Assembly (NCBI RefSeq): GCF_009914755.1
Contig: NC_060940.1
Origin: the human T2T-CHM13v2.0 reference genome, Homo sapiens
Reading direction: 5' to 3' (one strand)
DNA length: 64,000 bases
Made by a program: the position numbers and the translations under genes
The notes under the pieces: generated by a model
Seen by the model: only the letters and a program-made list of their open reading frames with translations
Databases searched by the model: none
What the model was told of the DNA's origin: nothing
Part shown: positions 28,158 through 40,804 of the stretch, piece by piece
Layout of the letters: every line of letters begins with the position of its first letter
Position numbering within the stretch: position 1 is the first letter of the stretch

Positions 28158-28410
28158 GGAGGAGGAGAAGGAGGTGGAGGATGGGGAGAGAGAGGGAAGA
28201 GGAGGGGAAGCAGGAGGAGGGAGTGGAGAGGGAGGGAATGGAGGAGTAGGGGGAAGAGAGAAAGGGGAGGAGGGAGAGGGAAAGAAGGAGGAGAAGCAGG
28301 AGGAGGGAGAGGAAGGGGAGAAAGAGGAGGAAGAAGAGGAGAAGGGAAAGGAACAGGAGGAAGGAAAGGGGAAGGAGGACGAAGGGAAGGAGAGAAAAGA
28401 GGAGGGAGAG
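28158..28410. repeat. GA-rich polypurine low-complexity tract
   Basis: ~250 bp almost entirely G/A. Confidence 0.95.
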
Positions 28411-29719
28411 TGGGACCATGTGTTAGGGTGGGCACTGACTCCGCAGGAGAAAAGGATCCCCTGGACTGGTCCTTCGTGGGTGCCAGAAAAAGGCTGCCCA
28501 CCAGAAGTTCACCCCCACATTCGTCCCAGCTCTTGGAGCAGCTGCACATAGAATGCAAAGGAGAAGGACAAAAGCCCCCATGAAATCCCAGAGGCCAGGA
28601 AGTGAGCACAAACAGTCCTGCCAGGGAACTAACGAGGAAATCCTGCCACCTGAAAGCCAAACCCTCTGTGGAATAAAGCAGGGTGAAACTAACAAATAAA
28701 TCAGAGTCAAAGCAATGAAAAGGCGGTGAGGGTGGGAGGAAATGAAAAGCTGGTGAACAGGCACAGCTGGCCCATTCAGAGCAAGCTTCATATCTTTCAA
28801 TTGCAGGACGTGCTTTGCTCTTCAAGAATGTCCACACCTGTTTCCTCATTCAGCCTCTCAGCAACTCTGTGGAGTTGTCAGGACTCACCCCATTTCACAG
28901 AAGAAGGCACCAGGCTGGGAGATGCAGGGCTGGTGGTACCTACTAATCCAGGGGGATTTTTCGATGTGATGCTGCCTCTATTACAGTCAAAAGACAATAA
29001 AAGAAAAAAAGGCAAACAAGATGAAACTGGAGAGTTTAGACACCTTTCACTGTGTGCTTCTTTTGGTTGCCTTTTGCAAGGTGGAGGCTGGGGCCAGCTA
29101 GGTAGTGGCCCCCCATCATCTCTGGTTACCTGGCATCCATCCCTTTCCCTAATAGCCTGCCACTTTCCCACTGAGGAATTACCTCCTTTCCCTCCCCACT
29201 GTGGGTAATCTTGGTGCAAAATAATTTTAGATGTTCACTTTTACTGCAGAGATGAAGGGAGCCAAACCCATCCCAGGACAGTTGGGAGAGGTGTCTTCCC
29301 CACAGACTTTGAATGCTGAGGAAATGCTAAAAGCAAAAATGCAAATGGTCATTCATCATAGCAATGGTGCAGGTTGTAGGGACCATGGCATCCTGTTTTG
29401 TGGTAGAACAGCTCCTGCCTGTTATATCTTCATTTATATAAAGAGACTAAAGTTGCTTTCTGTCACACATAGCCCAGAAGCCTAACTGATGCAAAGAGGT
29501 TTGGCAGACTCATAATCTTTCCAAAGCTCCAGCCCCATACTTAGTCATTAAGGCCCTAATGGACAGCCAAGGAATTAGGAAGGGGGCAGAGAGGAATAGA
29601 TCATCCCTTCCTCCCTGGGCTGTGCAGCTACAGAAGAGCAGATCCTGAATTTGGCAGGTGCACAGCAGTCATCAGTGAATCACATGAGAAGCTCTTGGAG
29701 CCTCCAGGATGGTGGATTG

Positions 29720-30076
29720 GTGGCTGCTAAGATTTTAATGTAGCATCCATCCAAAATTCACGTTGGAACTTAAATCCCAAAGTGATGGTGGGAGATGATT
29801 AGGCATGAGGGCTCCATCCTTGTGAATGGGATTAATGCCTTTATAAAGAGGCTTCAGAGAGCTGGCTGGTCATCCTGTCCCTTCCGCCAAGTGAGGACAC
29901 AGCATTCATCCTCTCTGGAGAACACAGCAACAAGGAAGCAGAGAGAGCACTGAATCTGCCGGCACCTTGGCTTCAGACTTCCTAGCTTTTGGAGATGGAT
30001 GAAGAAATAAACTTTTATCATTTATGAATTACTCCATCTGTGGTATTTTCCTATGGCAGCAGGAACAGACTAAGGC
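29720..30076 (+). mobile_element. MLT1A-type solo LTR
   Basis: ccaaaattcacgttggaacttaaatccc...gtgaggacacagc...acagactaag. Confidence 0.75.
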
Positions 30077-30589
30077 CAAGCCTGGAGGATCCTGGGTCTA
30101 AAGGCTGCATTAAGCTGGGGTTGCCTCGGGACACAGGCTTTGTATAGGAACATTCTGGAGATGCATCTCTACCACAAAGCTCATTGAAGATGTCATTTCC
30201 TCCTGCAAAAACTTCCCTGCACCAGCAGAGTGGCAGGCTCCCTGTAGAAAGGCTACCCTCCAATTCTCACTGCTACTGCGGCAAAGAGATGCTTGGAAGC
30301 ACCTGCCTGGGAAATGTCTGAGAGTTAAGTGTGAAGCTTTCACCCTTGGACTCTGTATGGGGGCAGAATGTCCACTCCTGGGGCTGCCCATCAGCGTGCA
30401 TCTTCCACTTGATGGCAGAGCTTTGCTTCCAGAGTGCTCACCAGAGCAGCCCGGCAGGCAAGCCTCTGTAAACCCCACCTTGGAGCCCACTTCCAAGGGA
30501 CTCTTTCCTGCTGCTGACTCAAACTTTCCCTCTGTAGGTGGAGGGTGGCTGTCTCCCTGATGTTGCTTCTCTCCACCTTTTACTCTTTT

Positions 30590-31288
30590 TATTAGAGTAG
30601 GTAGTTAGGAAGACATAAGCAGGGCAGAAGGGAGCCCCTCCACCAGGAATGTCAGCTGACCATCAGGTGATGGTCGGGTAGTTATTAAATGGTCTCTCTA
30701 AAATAATCATTAGTCACAGCCAGCATCAGGGAAAGGCAGTCTCCCAATAGATAGAAAACACCTGAAACTGATGATCAGCAACTTCCTGATAAGATCTTAG
30801 GAGTTGGGCGAGTGGACTCAAGCATGCGCATTAACAGGCAGATGGTGGAGATTACCCAGTATATGACCTTCCTCTAGGAACACTCATCTGGTAAGGGAAG
30901 GATGCCTCAAGTGAGCATGTACACTTCAGTAAACATACTGTGCATGTGGCCCCTCCCAAGTGCTGGCAGGCCACTGTGCATGTGGACAGCCCACTCCAAG
31001 GGAAGAATCAGAGGACAAGAGCTGCAAGACCCCCAAAGCATGCCAGTGTATGAAACCCCAAGTCAAAGGTCAAACCGCACACTTGATCTCTCAAGTCACC
31101 CGCTTGGCCCTCTTCCAAGTGTACTTTACTTCCTTTAATTCCTGCTCTAAATCTTTTTAAATAAACTTTCATGTCTGCTCTAAAACTTGCCTCAGTCCCT
31201 CACTCTGCCTTATGCCCCTCAGACAAATTCTTTCCTCTGAGGAGACAAGAACCGAGTTGCTGCAGACCTGTATTCACTACTGCTAATA
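30590..31288 (+). mobile_element. ERV1 solo LTR, MER50-like
   Basis: Starts tattagagtaggtagttagg, contains aataaa at ~31160, ends ctgctaata. Confidence 0.8.
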
Positions 31289-31482
31289 CTCTTACAGCAG
31301 AAGAAACGGAACATGGTTGCTCATTGTGGAAGTTGGTGGTAAGTGAAAGAGTCTAGTAGAAACCAAAAAGTTTTTATTTTACTTTATTCATTCGCTCCTT
31401 CTTAAGAAGGCTGCTTGCAAAACAGAGATGAGAAAGCACAATGGGTAGGGCCACAGCAAGAGAAGAAGCAAACCCTTCCCTC

Positions 31483-31770
31483 TGTTACTGGTGGAGGGTG
31501 TCCAGGTTCTTGGCATACTGAATTGGACAAAACGTACAAACAAAGCAAAGAAGGAATGAAGGGATTTATTGACAATGAAAGTACACTCCACAGTGTGGGA
31601 GCGGGTCTGAGCATAGGGGCTCAAAGGCTCTGTTACAGAATGTTTGAGAGTTTAGATACCCTCGACTTGGGGTATGCCCTATGTAAATGAAGAGGATGAA
31701 GTAAAGTTACAAAGTCATTCACTTACTGTATGCTCTATGGAGAGGATATTTCCTGTTATAGCTGAAGTGT
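31483..31770 (-). mobile_element. ERV1 LTR 3' part, MER61-like
   Basis: tgttactggtggagggtgtccaggttcttggc...gatttattgacaatgaaagtacactccacagtgtgggagc. Confidence 0.7.
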
Positions 31771-32205
31771 GGGGTTGGGGGGATAGAAGCTGTCCTCCTG
31801 CATGCTGAATTGCTTCTGGGTGGGGTCACAGGAGTGGGATCGGTGGGTCGGCTTGGAGCCATAGGTGTCAGACATTCAAAAAATCTGACAAGCTATCTCA
31901 AAAGGCCAATCTACAATAGTGGTGTTATCTGCAGGAATGGCTGGCAATCTATGTCTGCACCTTAGCAGAATCAGGCTCCTTTCCACCCCCATAGCCCCAT
32001 GGCCTTTCATTAGCTTTATAGAGGGAGTCAAGTTTGGGGGAAGGGCTATTATCATTTAAACTATAACCTAAATGTCTTCCAAAGTTAGCTAGCCCAAAAG
32101 CCCAGCAATAATTAAGGGAAAGGCAAGATGGAGGGTGAGTTAGATCATATCTCTTTTACTGCCATAATTTTCTTACTGTTATAATTCTTGCAAAGGTGGT
32201 TTCCA
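31771..32205 (-). mobile_element. ERV1 LTR 5' part, LTR8/LTR8A-like
   Basis: Ends ataattcttgcaaaggtggtttc (reverse complement of TGAAACC.CCTTTGCAA); gcaagatggag motif. Confidence 0.7.
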
Positions 32206-33084
32206 TCTGAGTGGGCCAGAATGCTGCAGGTCAAGATGCTCGCTTATGGGTTCCTCTGTTTTCAGTCTTTTCTTTTTAGAATGGAATCTGCATCCTTGCT
32301 CATGTCACTGCTGAATCTCCAGGGCCGAGGGATGTCCCTGACATGGGGGGCTTGGTAACTGGTGGAAAGGAAGGACAGAGGGGCCGAGGAGTGCAATGTG
32401 GCAGCATTTCTTGTTCCTTCCTTTCAGCATCAGGAATAAAATGTGGAACACAAGGGACCTTAGTGATGCACTCCAAGGGCCTCATTTCATGATGAAGATG
32501 GCCACCCCACTCACCATAGATAGTTAGTTGGAGATAGAGATGGCGTTCACACTTGAGACACCCAGGTGATTCTATCCAGACCACAAAAGTAAAAGTTCCC
32601 TCAATTACTCATTTTTTCAGGCAACTTTGGAAATATAGGGTCCTGTTTGAGTGCCAGACTTTAAGGGGGACTTATTCAAATATCCATTCAAAATTATTCA
32701 GTTAAATATGTTTTTGAATGAAATAATATTAAAGAATTATTTTTGACAACATGGATGAGCTGAAGGACAATGACAAAGGGGTCTGGAAGCCATGTCATTC
32801 CAAGAACTGGCTGAAACACCTGAAGTCAGGAGAACGGAGAGAATGGGCCACTGTGCAGGGGTCCTCACACATGTATCTCTCCTCCCCATGGACACATAAC
32901 ACACAGTGAGCACCCCACACACATTTGTTGAGTGTGTTAATTGCTTTGCTTGGAGAAGAGAGGGCTGACAATACACACTGCTTCAGAAAGCTCTGTGACA
33001 GCTGATGAGAAGGAAAGTTTTGGAGAGTTGGCTGTCTTTCAGGGGAAGTGAAAGGGATCGGTCAGAGCTGAAGGACAAGAGCAC

Positions 33085-33235
33085 TTCTCATTCTTGATTA
33101 TGCTCTTGAATTATTTGGAGATCTGGTTGAAAGGCAGATTCTGATTCAATAGGTCTGCAGTGAAGCTGAGATTCTGCATTACCAATGGGCTTGCAGGCAG
33201 TGTGGATGCTGCTGTTCATGGACCACCCTTTCACG
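33085..33235. mobile_element. MER5A-type hAT-Charlie relic
   Basis: gcagattctgattcaataggtctg...gagattctgcatt...gatgctgctg...ggaccac. Confidence 0.65.
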
Positions 33236-33338
33236 TCAATAATCATTTCGGATTGCTTCCATTTCTAAGAGTCCCTAAGTGCTGAGCCTTCCATAAAAAA
33301 GACAAGGTTGAGAAATCTGGTAGGGTGTGATTTCCAGA

Positions 33339-33932
33339 TGTAGGAGAGTGAAAATGGCTCCCTTCACCCCTCTATGTTCCTTGGCTGGGCTGCTAATTAA
33401 ATTGACATAAGACAGATTAACAAGACAAAAACTATATTCAATTACATATGATGCACAGAGTCCCACAGACATATGTGACTTGAAGAAGGGCCAGATGATT
33501 GAAGCTTATATAATATCCTGAGCTATAGAAAGGAATAGGGTTTTGGGGTTTCTAAGGGTTGGTGGAGAAAAGCCATGGGAGGGTGAAGGGAAGAAATACG
33601 TGTTGAATAAAGCTTGTGTTTTCGTGCAGCTAAGCGATCTCTCAGATGGTAAAAGTTGTCTCAGAGCAGCCCTCAGAAGAATAGGTGAGAGTCTGGGTGT
33701 GGCACCAAACTCCAATCTTATCTCCTGTGGTCCAAGATAATCTTCACTGGTTGCTAAGATTCCCAGGGAGAAGATTTATGACAGTTGAGTTCCTTTTGGA
33801 GGATCAGTCTTTAGGCGCATCAAGGGAGCTCAGAGAAAGCCCAAATCTTCTGTTCCCCAAGTGCCTTCAGTTCAAAGTAATCAGAAATACCAAGGCATCA
33901 GATTTGGAGGTGGCATTTCCTGAACTCCTTCA
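33339..33932 (-). mobile_element. ERV1 solo LTR, MER31/MER67-like, with perfect 4-bp TSD
   Basis: TG...CA ends (tgtagg...ccttca) flanked by caga on both sides. Confidence 0.8.
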
Positions 33933-36900
33933 CAGACATACAAATTCATCTTTATATTTATGTAAATCCAGAGATCTCTGTGCTGGGAACTGATCAAAAG
34001 AAGGGGAGGTATTTCTCTTTGTATTTTCACACAAGAAGAAAAAGCATTCCTGGTGGCTATGATTCTACTAAAATACTCAGCATATGTTTACTGCATTTCA
34101 CAACAAATCTGCTCAGTTTGATGCATTTAAAACCTGTCAAATGCTTTACAGGCAGAAAATACATAACTCATGCAGAATCCATAAGACACTTAAAGCCCCG
34201 TGCTGTTACTCTCAGCAAAATGAAGTCTTTCATACTCCCACAGCCTCTCCATTCAGTTTATTTCTCTGGTTATCAGCTTTTCTTCCAGATTTTCACATTC
34301 CTCATGAGGCCGCTCCCCCATCTGGCCCTGGAGAGCCAAAGGAATTTGCCCTCCAGCCCCTTGAGCTGACTACACCGGCCTTGCCAGAGAGCCAGAGCCA
34401 CGGGGCAGCAGTCTTGAGCTCACTGAACTGACAGCTTCTGGTTAGGGAAATGCAAGTCCACAGGGAAGCGAGGAGTAGGGAATCATATTTGTTGAGCACC
34501 TATTGTGTGCCAGATAATGAACCAGACTCATTCCACCCATTTCCTCTAATGCTTATTGCACCATCACTAGAGAACTATGGAGGTTAAAGAGGGAAAAAGA
34601 AGTCTCCTCATATTCATGGGCTTCAGAGACAAGTAAGCATGTCCCAGACTACTCTCCTATTGCTTGACAGACAGGTCCTGATTTTGACTCTGTGTTCTGA
34701 AATCCTCTACCATCTTTGGGGAGCAAGACACAAAAGCTTGCCCAGATCAGGGCTGCCTGGCCACATGAGGAGAATCTAGTAGTGATAGTTCCAAGTTGTT
34801 TGTTTTTCTTCCAGCGTTGTCTACTCCCGGGGGAAGGCTGCAGACAGTGAATGCAGAAGTCCTGCCTGGATTCTGCCCTCACAAAAAGTGCACATCCTCT
34901 CCTGGAGCCTGAAGCGCCAAACTATGGGTGCCAGAGTCCAGGCCAAAATGGTGTGGCTTGAAGACCCTATTATTAATGCTGCTGATTTCAGTCCTATTTC
35001 CAATCAAGGAGGAATGGGCTTTTGTTTTGTATTTTTTTTTTTCAGATTGAAAAGCGCTAAACTGATAAGCAATGATGCATGGCCTTCATGGTCAATTGCC
35101 CACACTAGCAAAAAACGTTCAAGATAAGAACGACAAAAATAATAAGGAGAGTAACAATGCCACCATGACCTTTTAGCAAGATGGAGGAAATCACTCTTCA
35201 GCAGGGATTCATTTTTCTAGTTTTCTTGTTTTTTTAGCCACAGGAAATAAAGCGTGCACCCTACCCTTTAATTCACTGTTTCCCCCATTCATTTTCTATT
35301 TCCTGGTAAATTAAGTAGATGCAATTTATAGGCCTTTCTTATGTTCCCAGCTCCTGTGGACCCTGATTCTAAAAGCCTCTCTGCCCTATCCCTACTACTC
35401 CCTCCACATTTCTAACCCAGCTCTTCCAAAGAGAGTATATATAGGTACTGTGGAAGCAGAGTAAGATATCCTGCATATAGTAGGTGCTCAATAAGTGCTG
35501 AGAGGAATTAAATTGAAGCACTGACAGTTCTTTATCTGGGTCTTAGTCTCATGGAGAATTACAGAATCTGAGAAATGTGCTATCATACCTTGCCTCCTCA
35601 ATCTAGTTTGTTCTCTTCCACTTTTGTTACCGGAGACTTGGAACTGAGAATGCAACACCCATCCATCCTTGGAAGCCTTCTCCAGAGACAAGCGCTCGTT
35701 CTCCCTGGGAACTGTGTAGGAGATGCAGCAGGGAGCCTAGCCCAGCCTGTGCCCGTCCTAGTAGCCTGCACCTGTCAACGCAAGGTCTACGGATCAAACG
35801 GAGGGGACTTTCTGATGGAGCCATCCTGGCAGGGCCACTGTGTAAGAAAGAAGTCACATACTTGCAAAATGAGGGTAGTGGCCAAGCGCACTCCCCAAAT
35901 CCTCTGAAATAACAAAATTATTCATGAACTGAAATAATCACTGCTTTGTATCTTTCCGTTTTCCCTCTTCGTAAACAGCTCTGCTCTTGGTACTCCTGCC
36001 TAACCACAGCAGCCCCTAGTGGCAACAAGCTGGAACACGCAAGACTGTTCCGAAAATGTCTCCAGCCCTTCACCGGAGCCGAAAGCATCCCCCACCTCCG
36101 CCCTCCCCGCTCACCTTCATGGATCTGATTTTTATTTCTTAGGGGCTGAGGTTAGCCTCTTGGTTTTTCAGCACACACGAATGCACACAAGCGTATGCAT
36201 ATACTGACACTGCGTGGGGTGAGGCAAGACACGCCGGTCAACGGGCCCCTGGGGTGGGGAGAATGCAGGAGGGCTGGTAGGAGCTGGAGGAGCTCTCTTC
36301 ACACCCCCAAGTCCTCTGGTCCAGGGTGCCCGTGAAACCAGGGCCCAGCTCTGACTCGATTTTTGTCGAGAAGAATCAGCCATCAAAGAGTGAGAGGTGG
36401 GATGCCTCACTCAGGGGTTCACCTCTCTGCTCCTATCACATCCCCAGAAGCAGCTGCCACTAGCCAAGGTGAGAAAATCATAATGGCACCCTTGAGAGAG
36501 AGCCCTTTATGAAGCAGCTAAATATCCTCTCTTTCCAGGGAATGACTTAACAAAACCTCAAATGACACGCTTGGATGTCAGCTGAAACAACTTTTCTCAA
36601 AAAAACCTAAATGCAAAAAAAAAGCTTATTTGAAACAACATCCAGAGGGAGTCCTTGTACACCTAAGCCCAGGTAATGGATTTACGCCCGGACTGCTTTC
36701 CCCCGCAGGGAATCTAGTCCCTCCACGATCTCACTTCCCAGAACCAAAGGCTAGTGGAGCACCAGGCCTATTTTGGAAGGGCTGGGAAGGGAGGGGAAAA
36801 TGGATTTGTAGATGTCTAGTGAGTGCTGAGACTGCTGGGTGCTTCCTTCACCAACCTGAACTCACTTCAGACTCACACAGAAAAAAACATCACGTTAAGA

Positions 36901-37964
36901 ATTCCTCTGGGAGGGAATTGACTCTTAAGAATAGAACTGTTTAACTCTTGATCCTGCCTTTAATTGACTCTGCAAATGTTTAAATGGATTCAAATACAAC
37001 TGAAACGGAGTTGGGTGATTTTGACATCAATTAATATACTCCGATGAAGTTAGCAGAGGGGACTTTGAGTTAAGTGCAAGGAAAAAAGGGAGGGGGGTGG
37101 GAAATACGGCCCTTATACTTTCTGTTTTAAATTATGATAGAGCATACAGGGCTATTCCCCCAGGGCTTATTACAAAGACTCAGAAGATGTTAAATCCACT
37201 GGGAAAAGCCCAAAGCTCTGGCTCCTAAAGGGAAATGTGAGTTAGTCAATGCAGACACCGTAGATGATTTATTGGTTATTGTGTGTGTTTTTATGTGTGA
37301 TATTGGGCTCTGTGCTGTGTGCCTCTCAGCTGTTTGAGGGACAGATGTCAGGAGGAGTAGTCCAGGCACTCACGGGTTAACTCAAGCCCTGATCCCAAGG
37401 GACCCAGGCATTTTAAGAGCAGAGCCTCCTCCAGTCATGGCCTGCCCTTACTTCTAAAACCTTGAATGTGAAAAAAGACTGTCCCCCTTCCATCTGATGC
37501 GGGTGGCTGAATGTTTTCTTCAGCCAAGTCCCAAAATGAGGCACACGTTAGCTGTTTCCACCCCCTCACCTTTCAGCAGCCTGCGTCCACTGAAACGGCT
37601 TTTGGGGAGCTCACTGGAGTCCTCTCCACATCCAGATTCCCTAGCCTCTTTCCCGGTGTCCTGTGGGGTCAGGACCCTGTCTGAGCTGCGGTCCTTGCTG
37701 AGCTCCTGAGACGTGGCTTCTGCTCAAGTCTCCTCTCCTCCTCGGCTCTTCCTCGAGCCCTTCCAGCCAATCCCCTGAAAGTGTTGATGCCCTTTCTGGT
37801 TTAGGACCACTCCTTATACCAAACCAGTGTTCACTTCCCCTTCATTCATCCTACGAGTATCTACTGAGAGCCTACCATCTACCAGGCATTCTTCCAGCAC
37901 TGGGGATACAACCGTGAATTTAACAGACAAAAGTCTCTTTTCTTATGGCCTTAGAGTCTAGTGC

Positions 37965-38190
37965 CAGGGTTGGCAACACTTTTCTGTGAAGGACCAAATA
38001 GTAAATATTTCGGACTTACAGGCCATATGGTCTCCATGGTAACTACAGCTCTGTGGCTGCAGCTGTAAAGCAGCCATAGACAAAACATAAACAAATGGGC
38101 ATGGCTGTGTTCCAATAAAACTTTATTTACAAAAAAAAAAAAAAAAAACAAGTTGTAGGAAGGCGGAGGGCTTTGGCCTGCTGGGAAAGA
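37965..38190 (+). mobile_element. MER58A DNA transposon with expanded internal A-tract
   Basis: cagggttggcaacacttttctgtgaagg...ggctgtgttccaataaaactttatttacaaaa. Confidence 0.85.
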
Positions 38191-38209
38191 CATGTTCTCT
38201 TTCTGCTGA

Positions 38210-38550
<341 letters not shown>

Positions 38551-38680
38551 TCTGCTGAGATTTCTAAACTGACAGAATGAAGCTCAGGGGCCATCTTTGC
38601 TGCGACACAGGGAGAAGGTGCCTGAGAATTAAGCCATCCTGGGAAGGCAGAGTGGAGAATCCTCATGGCATTCATGACAT

Positions 38681-38981
38681 TTTTTTTTTTTTTTTTTTTT
38701 GAGACGGAGTCTCGCTCTGTCACCCAGCCTAGAGTGCAGTGGCGTGATCTCGGCTCACGGCAAGCTCCGCCTCCTGGGTTCAGGCCATTCTCCTGCCTCA
38801 GCCTCCCGAGTAGCTGGGACTACAGGCGCCCGGCGCCACGCCCGGCTAGTTTTTTGTATTTTTACTGGATACGGGGTTTCACCGTGTTAGCCAGGATGGT
38901 CTCGATCTCCTGACCTCGTGATCCGCCCGCCTCGACCTCCCAAAGTGCTGGGATTACAGGCGTGATCCACCGCGCCCGGCC
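38681..38981 (-). mobile_element. AluY
   Basis: AluY diagnostics (gttagccaggatggtctcgatctcctgacctcgtg); TSD tcatgacat at 38672 and 38982. Confidence 0.95.
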
Positions 38982-39330
38982 TCATGACATCTTTTGACCC
39001 CCTGGATTCAACCAGGTAATCATATATAAAACGATGTATACTTTCGTCTGTACCTTTGGTTATTTTGAATCAATAAACATTTCTCCCTCCCCGCCCCCCC
39101 CCTTTTTTTTTGGCTTAAGCCGGTTGATTTGGGGTTCTGTCACTTATAACCAGAGTCCTGACTGATACCAAACCCAAACCCATTCTTGAACTCCTTTTCT
39201 CCTTTCTCTATGTGTTTTCCCTGGGCAATATCATCCACCTGCCTGAGTTTCTGCTGTCACCTCTGTGTAGATAACCCTGACATATTTTTTGTTTTATTTT
39301 TGAAATAATAAAACAGGATCTTTAGAGTAG

Positions 39331-39360
<30 letters not shown>

Positions 39361-39361
<1 letters not shown>

Positions 39362-40479
39362 GTATTTATTGATCATTCTTGGGTGTTTCTCAGAGAGGGG
39401 GATGTGGCAGGGTCATAGGATAATAGTGGAGAGAAGGTCAGCAGATAAACACGTGAACAAAGGTCTCTGGTTTTCCTAGGCAGAGGTCCCTGCGGCCTTC
39501 CGCAGTGTTTGTGTCCCTGGGTACTTGAGATTAGGGAGTGGTGATGACTCTTAAGGAGCATGCTGCCTTCAAGCATCTGTTTAACAAAGCACATCTTGCA
39601 CCGCCCTTAATCCATTTAACCCTGAGTGGACAAAGCACATGTTTCAGAGAGCAGGGGGTTGGGGGTAAGGTTATAGATTAACAGCATCCCAAGGCAGAAG
39701 AATTTTTCTTAGTACAGAACAAAATGGAGTCTCCTATGTCTACTTCTTTTTACACAGACACAGTAACAATCTGATCTCTCTTTCTTTTCCCCACATTTCC
39801 CCCTTTTCTATTGGACAAAACCGCCATCGTCATCATGGCTCGTTCTCAATGGTCGCTGTCTCTTCAGAGCTGTTGTATACACTTCCCAGACGGGGCAGCC
39901 GGGCAGAGGGGCTCCTCACCTCCCAGAAGGGGTGGCGGCCAGGCAGAGGCGCTCCTCACCTCCCAGACGATGGGCAGACGGGCAGAGGCGCTCCTCACCT
40001 CCCAGACGATGGGCAGACGGGCAGAGGTGCTCCCCACCTCCCAGACAGGGCGGCCGGGCAGAGGGGCTCCTCACCTCCCAGATGGGGTGGCAGCCGGGCA
40101 GAGGCACCCCTCACCTCCCAGACGGGGCGGCCGGGCAGAGGCACCCACTTCCCAGATGGGGCGGCTGGGCAGAGGCACTTCTCACATCCCAGACGATGGG
40201 CGGCCAGGCAGAGGCTTCCTCACTTCCCAGACGGGGCGGCCGGCCAGAGGTGCCCCTCACTTCCCAGACGGGGTGGCCGGGCAGAGGCGCTCCTCACATC
40301 CCAGACGGGGCGGCCGGGCAGAGGTGCTCTTCACATCCCAGACGATGGGCGGCCGGGCAGAGGTGCTCTTCACATCCCAGACGATGGGCGGCCAGGCAGA
40401 GACGCTCCCCTCTTCCCAGGTGCGGTGGTGGCCGGGCAGAGGCTGTAATCTTAGCACTTTGGGAGGCCAAGGCAGGCGG
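39361..40479 (-). mobile_element. SVA moiety: 3' end of Alu-like domain, VNTR (~39886-40440), SINE-R (~39361-39885); SVA_A-like
   Basis: ~37-40-bp GC-rich VNTR units; HERV-K LTR-derived SINE-R; retains the gaagagacagcgacc segment that I recall as specific to the oldest subfamily. Confidence 0.93.
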
Positions 40480-40804
40480 CTTTCCACCAACCAGAGGCAA
40501 AATGTGCATCTTTCCAGTTTGACAATCCTTCACTGAGGAAACGATAAGGCAGGTACCACAGAGGACAACTAGGCGCTCAGCCCACTTATGCAGCTGAGTC
40601 TTTCCCTTGCGTACATTATTGATGCCAAACAATAGGATTCGATCCAAATGATCCATGCGGCAATGTTTTTCACCATAAAATCGAATCATACAGCCGAGGT
40701 CAGGATTTGTAGCCTCCTCCTGTATGTGCACAGGATCATCAAATCCCAGCCTGGATAAGTAATCATAAATGATCTGAAGAGGTCGTTCAGTAGGTTCCAG
40801 TCTC
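40480..40804 (-). pseudogene. PHLPP2: Processed PHLPP2 fragment: two joined coding exons including the start of the PH domain
   Basis: Translates [46 protein letters not shown]...[44 protein letters not shown]; recognised from memory; intronless. Confidence 0.93.

Noticed and set aside
28013-28849. 278-aa Pro-rich ORF and overlapping Glu/Gly-rich ORFs
   Set aside because: Artefacts of the GA-rich low-complexity tract
36040-36400. Mild CpG/GC-box enrichment as a promoter
   Set aside because: Too short and CpG-sparse for an island; no associated exon
39886-40440. Regularly spaced ~38-bp repeats as a CRISPR-like array
   Set aside because: Tandem SVA VNTR units without unique spacers, in a eukaryotic context
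39811-40536. Long plus-strand ORFs (196-241 aa)
   Set aside because: Antisense translations of the GC-rich SVA VNTR
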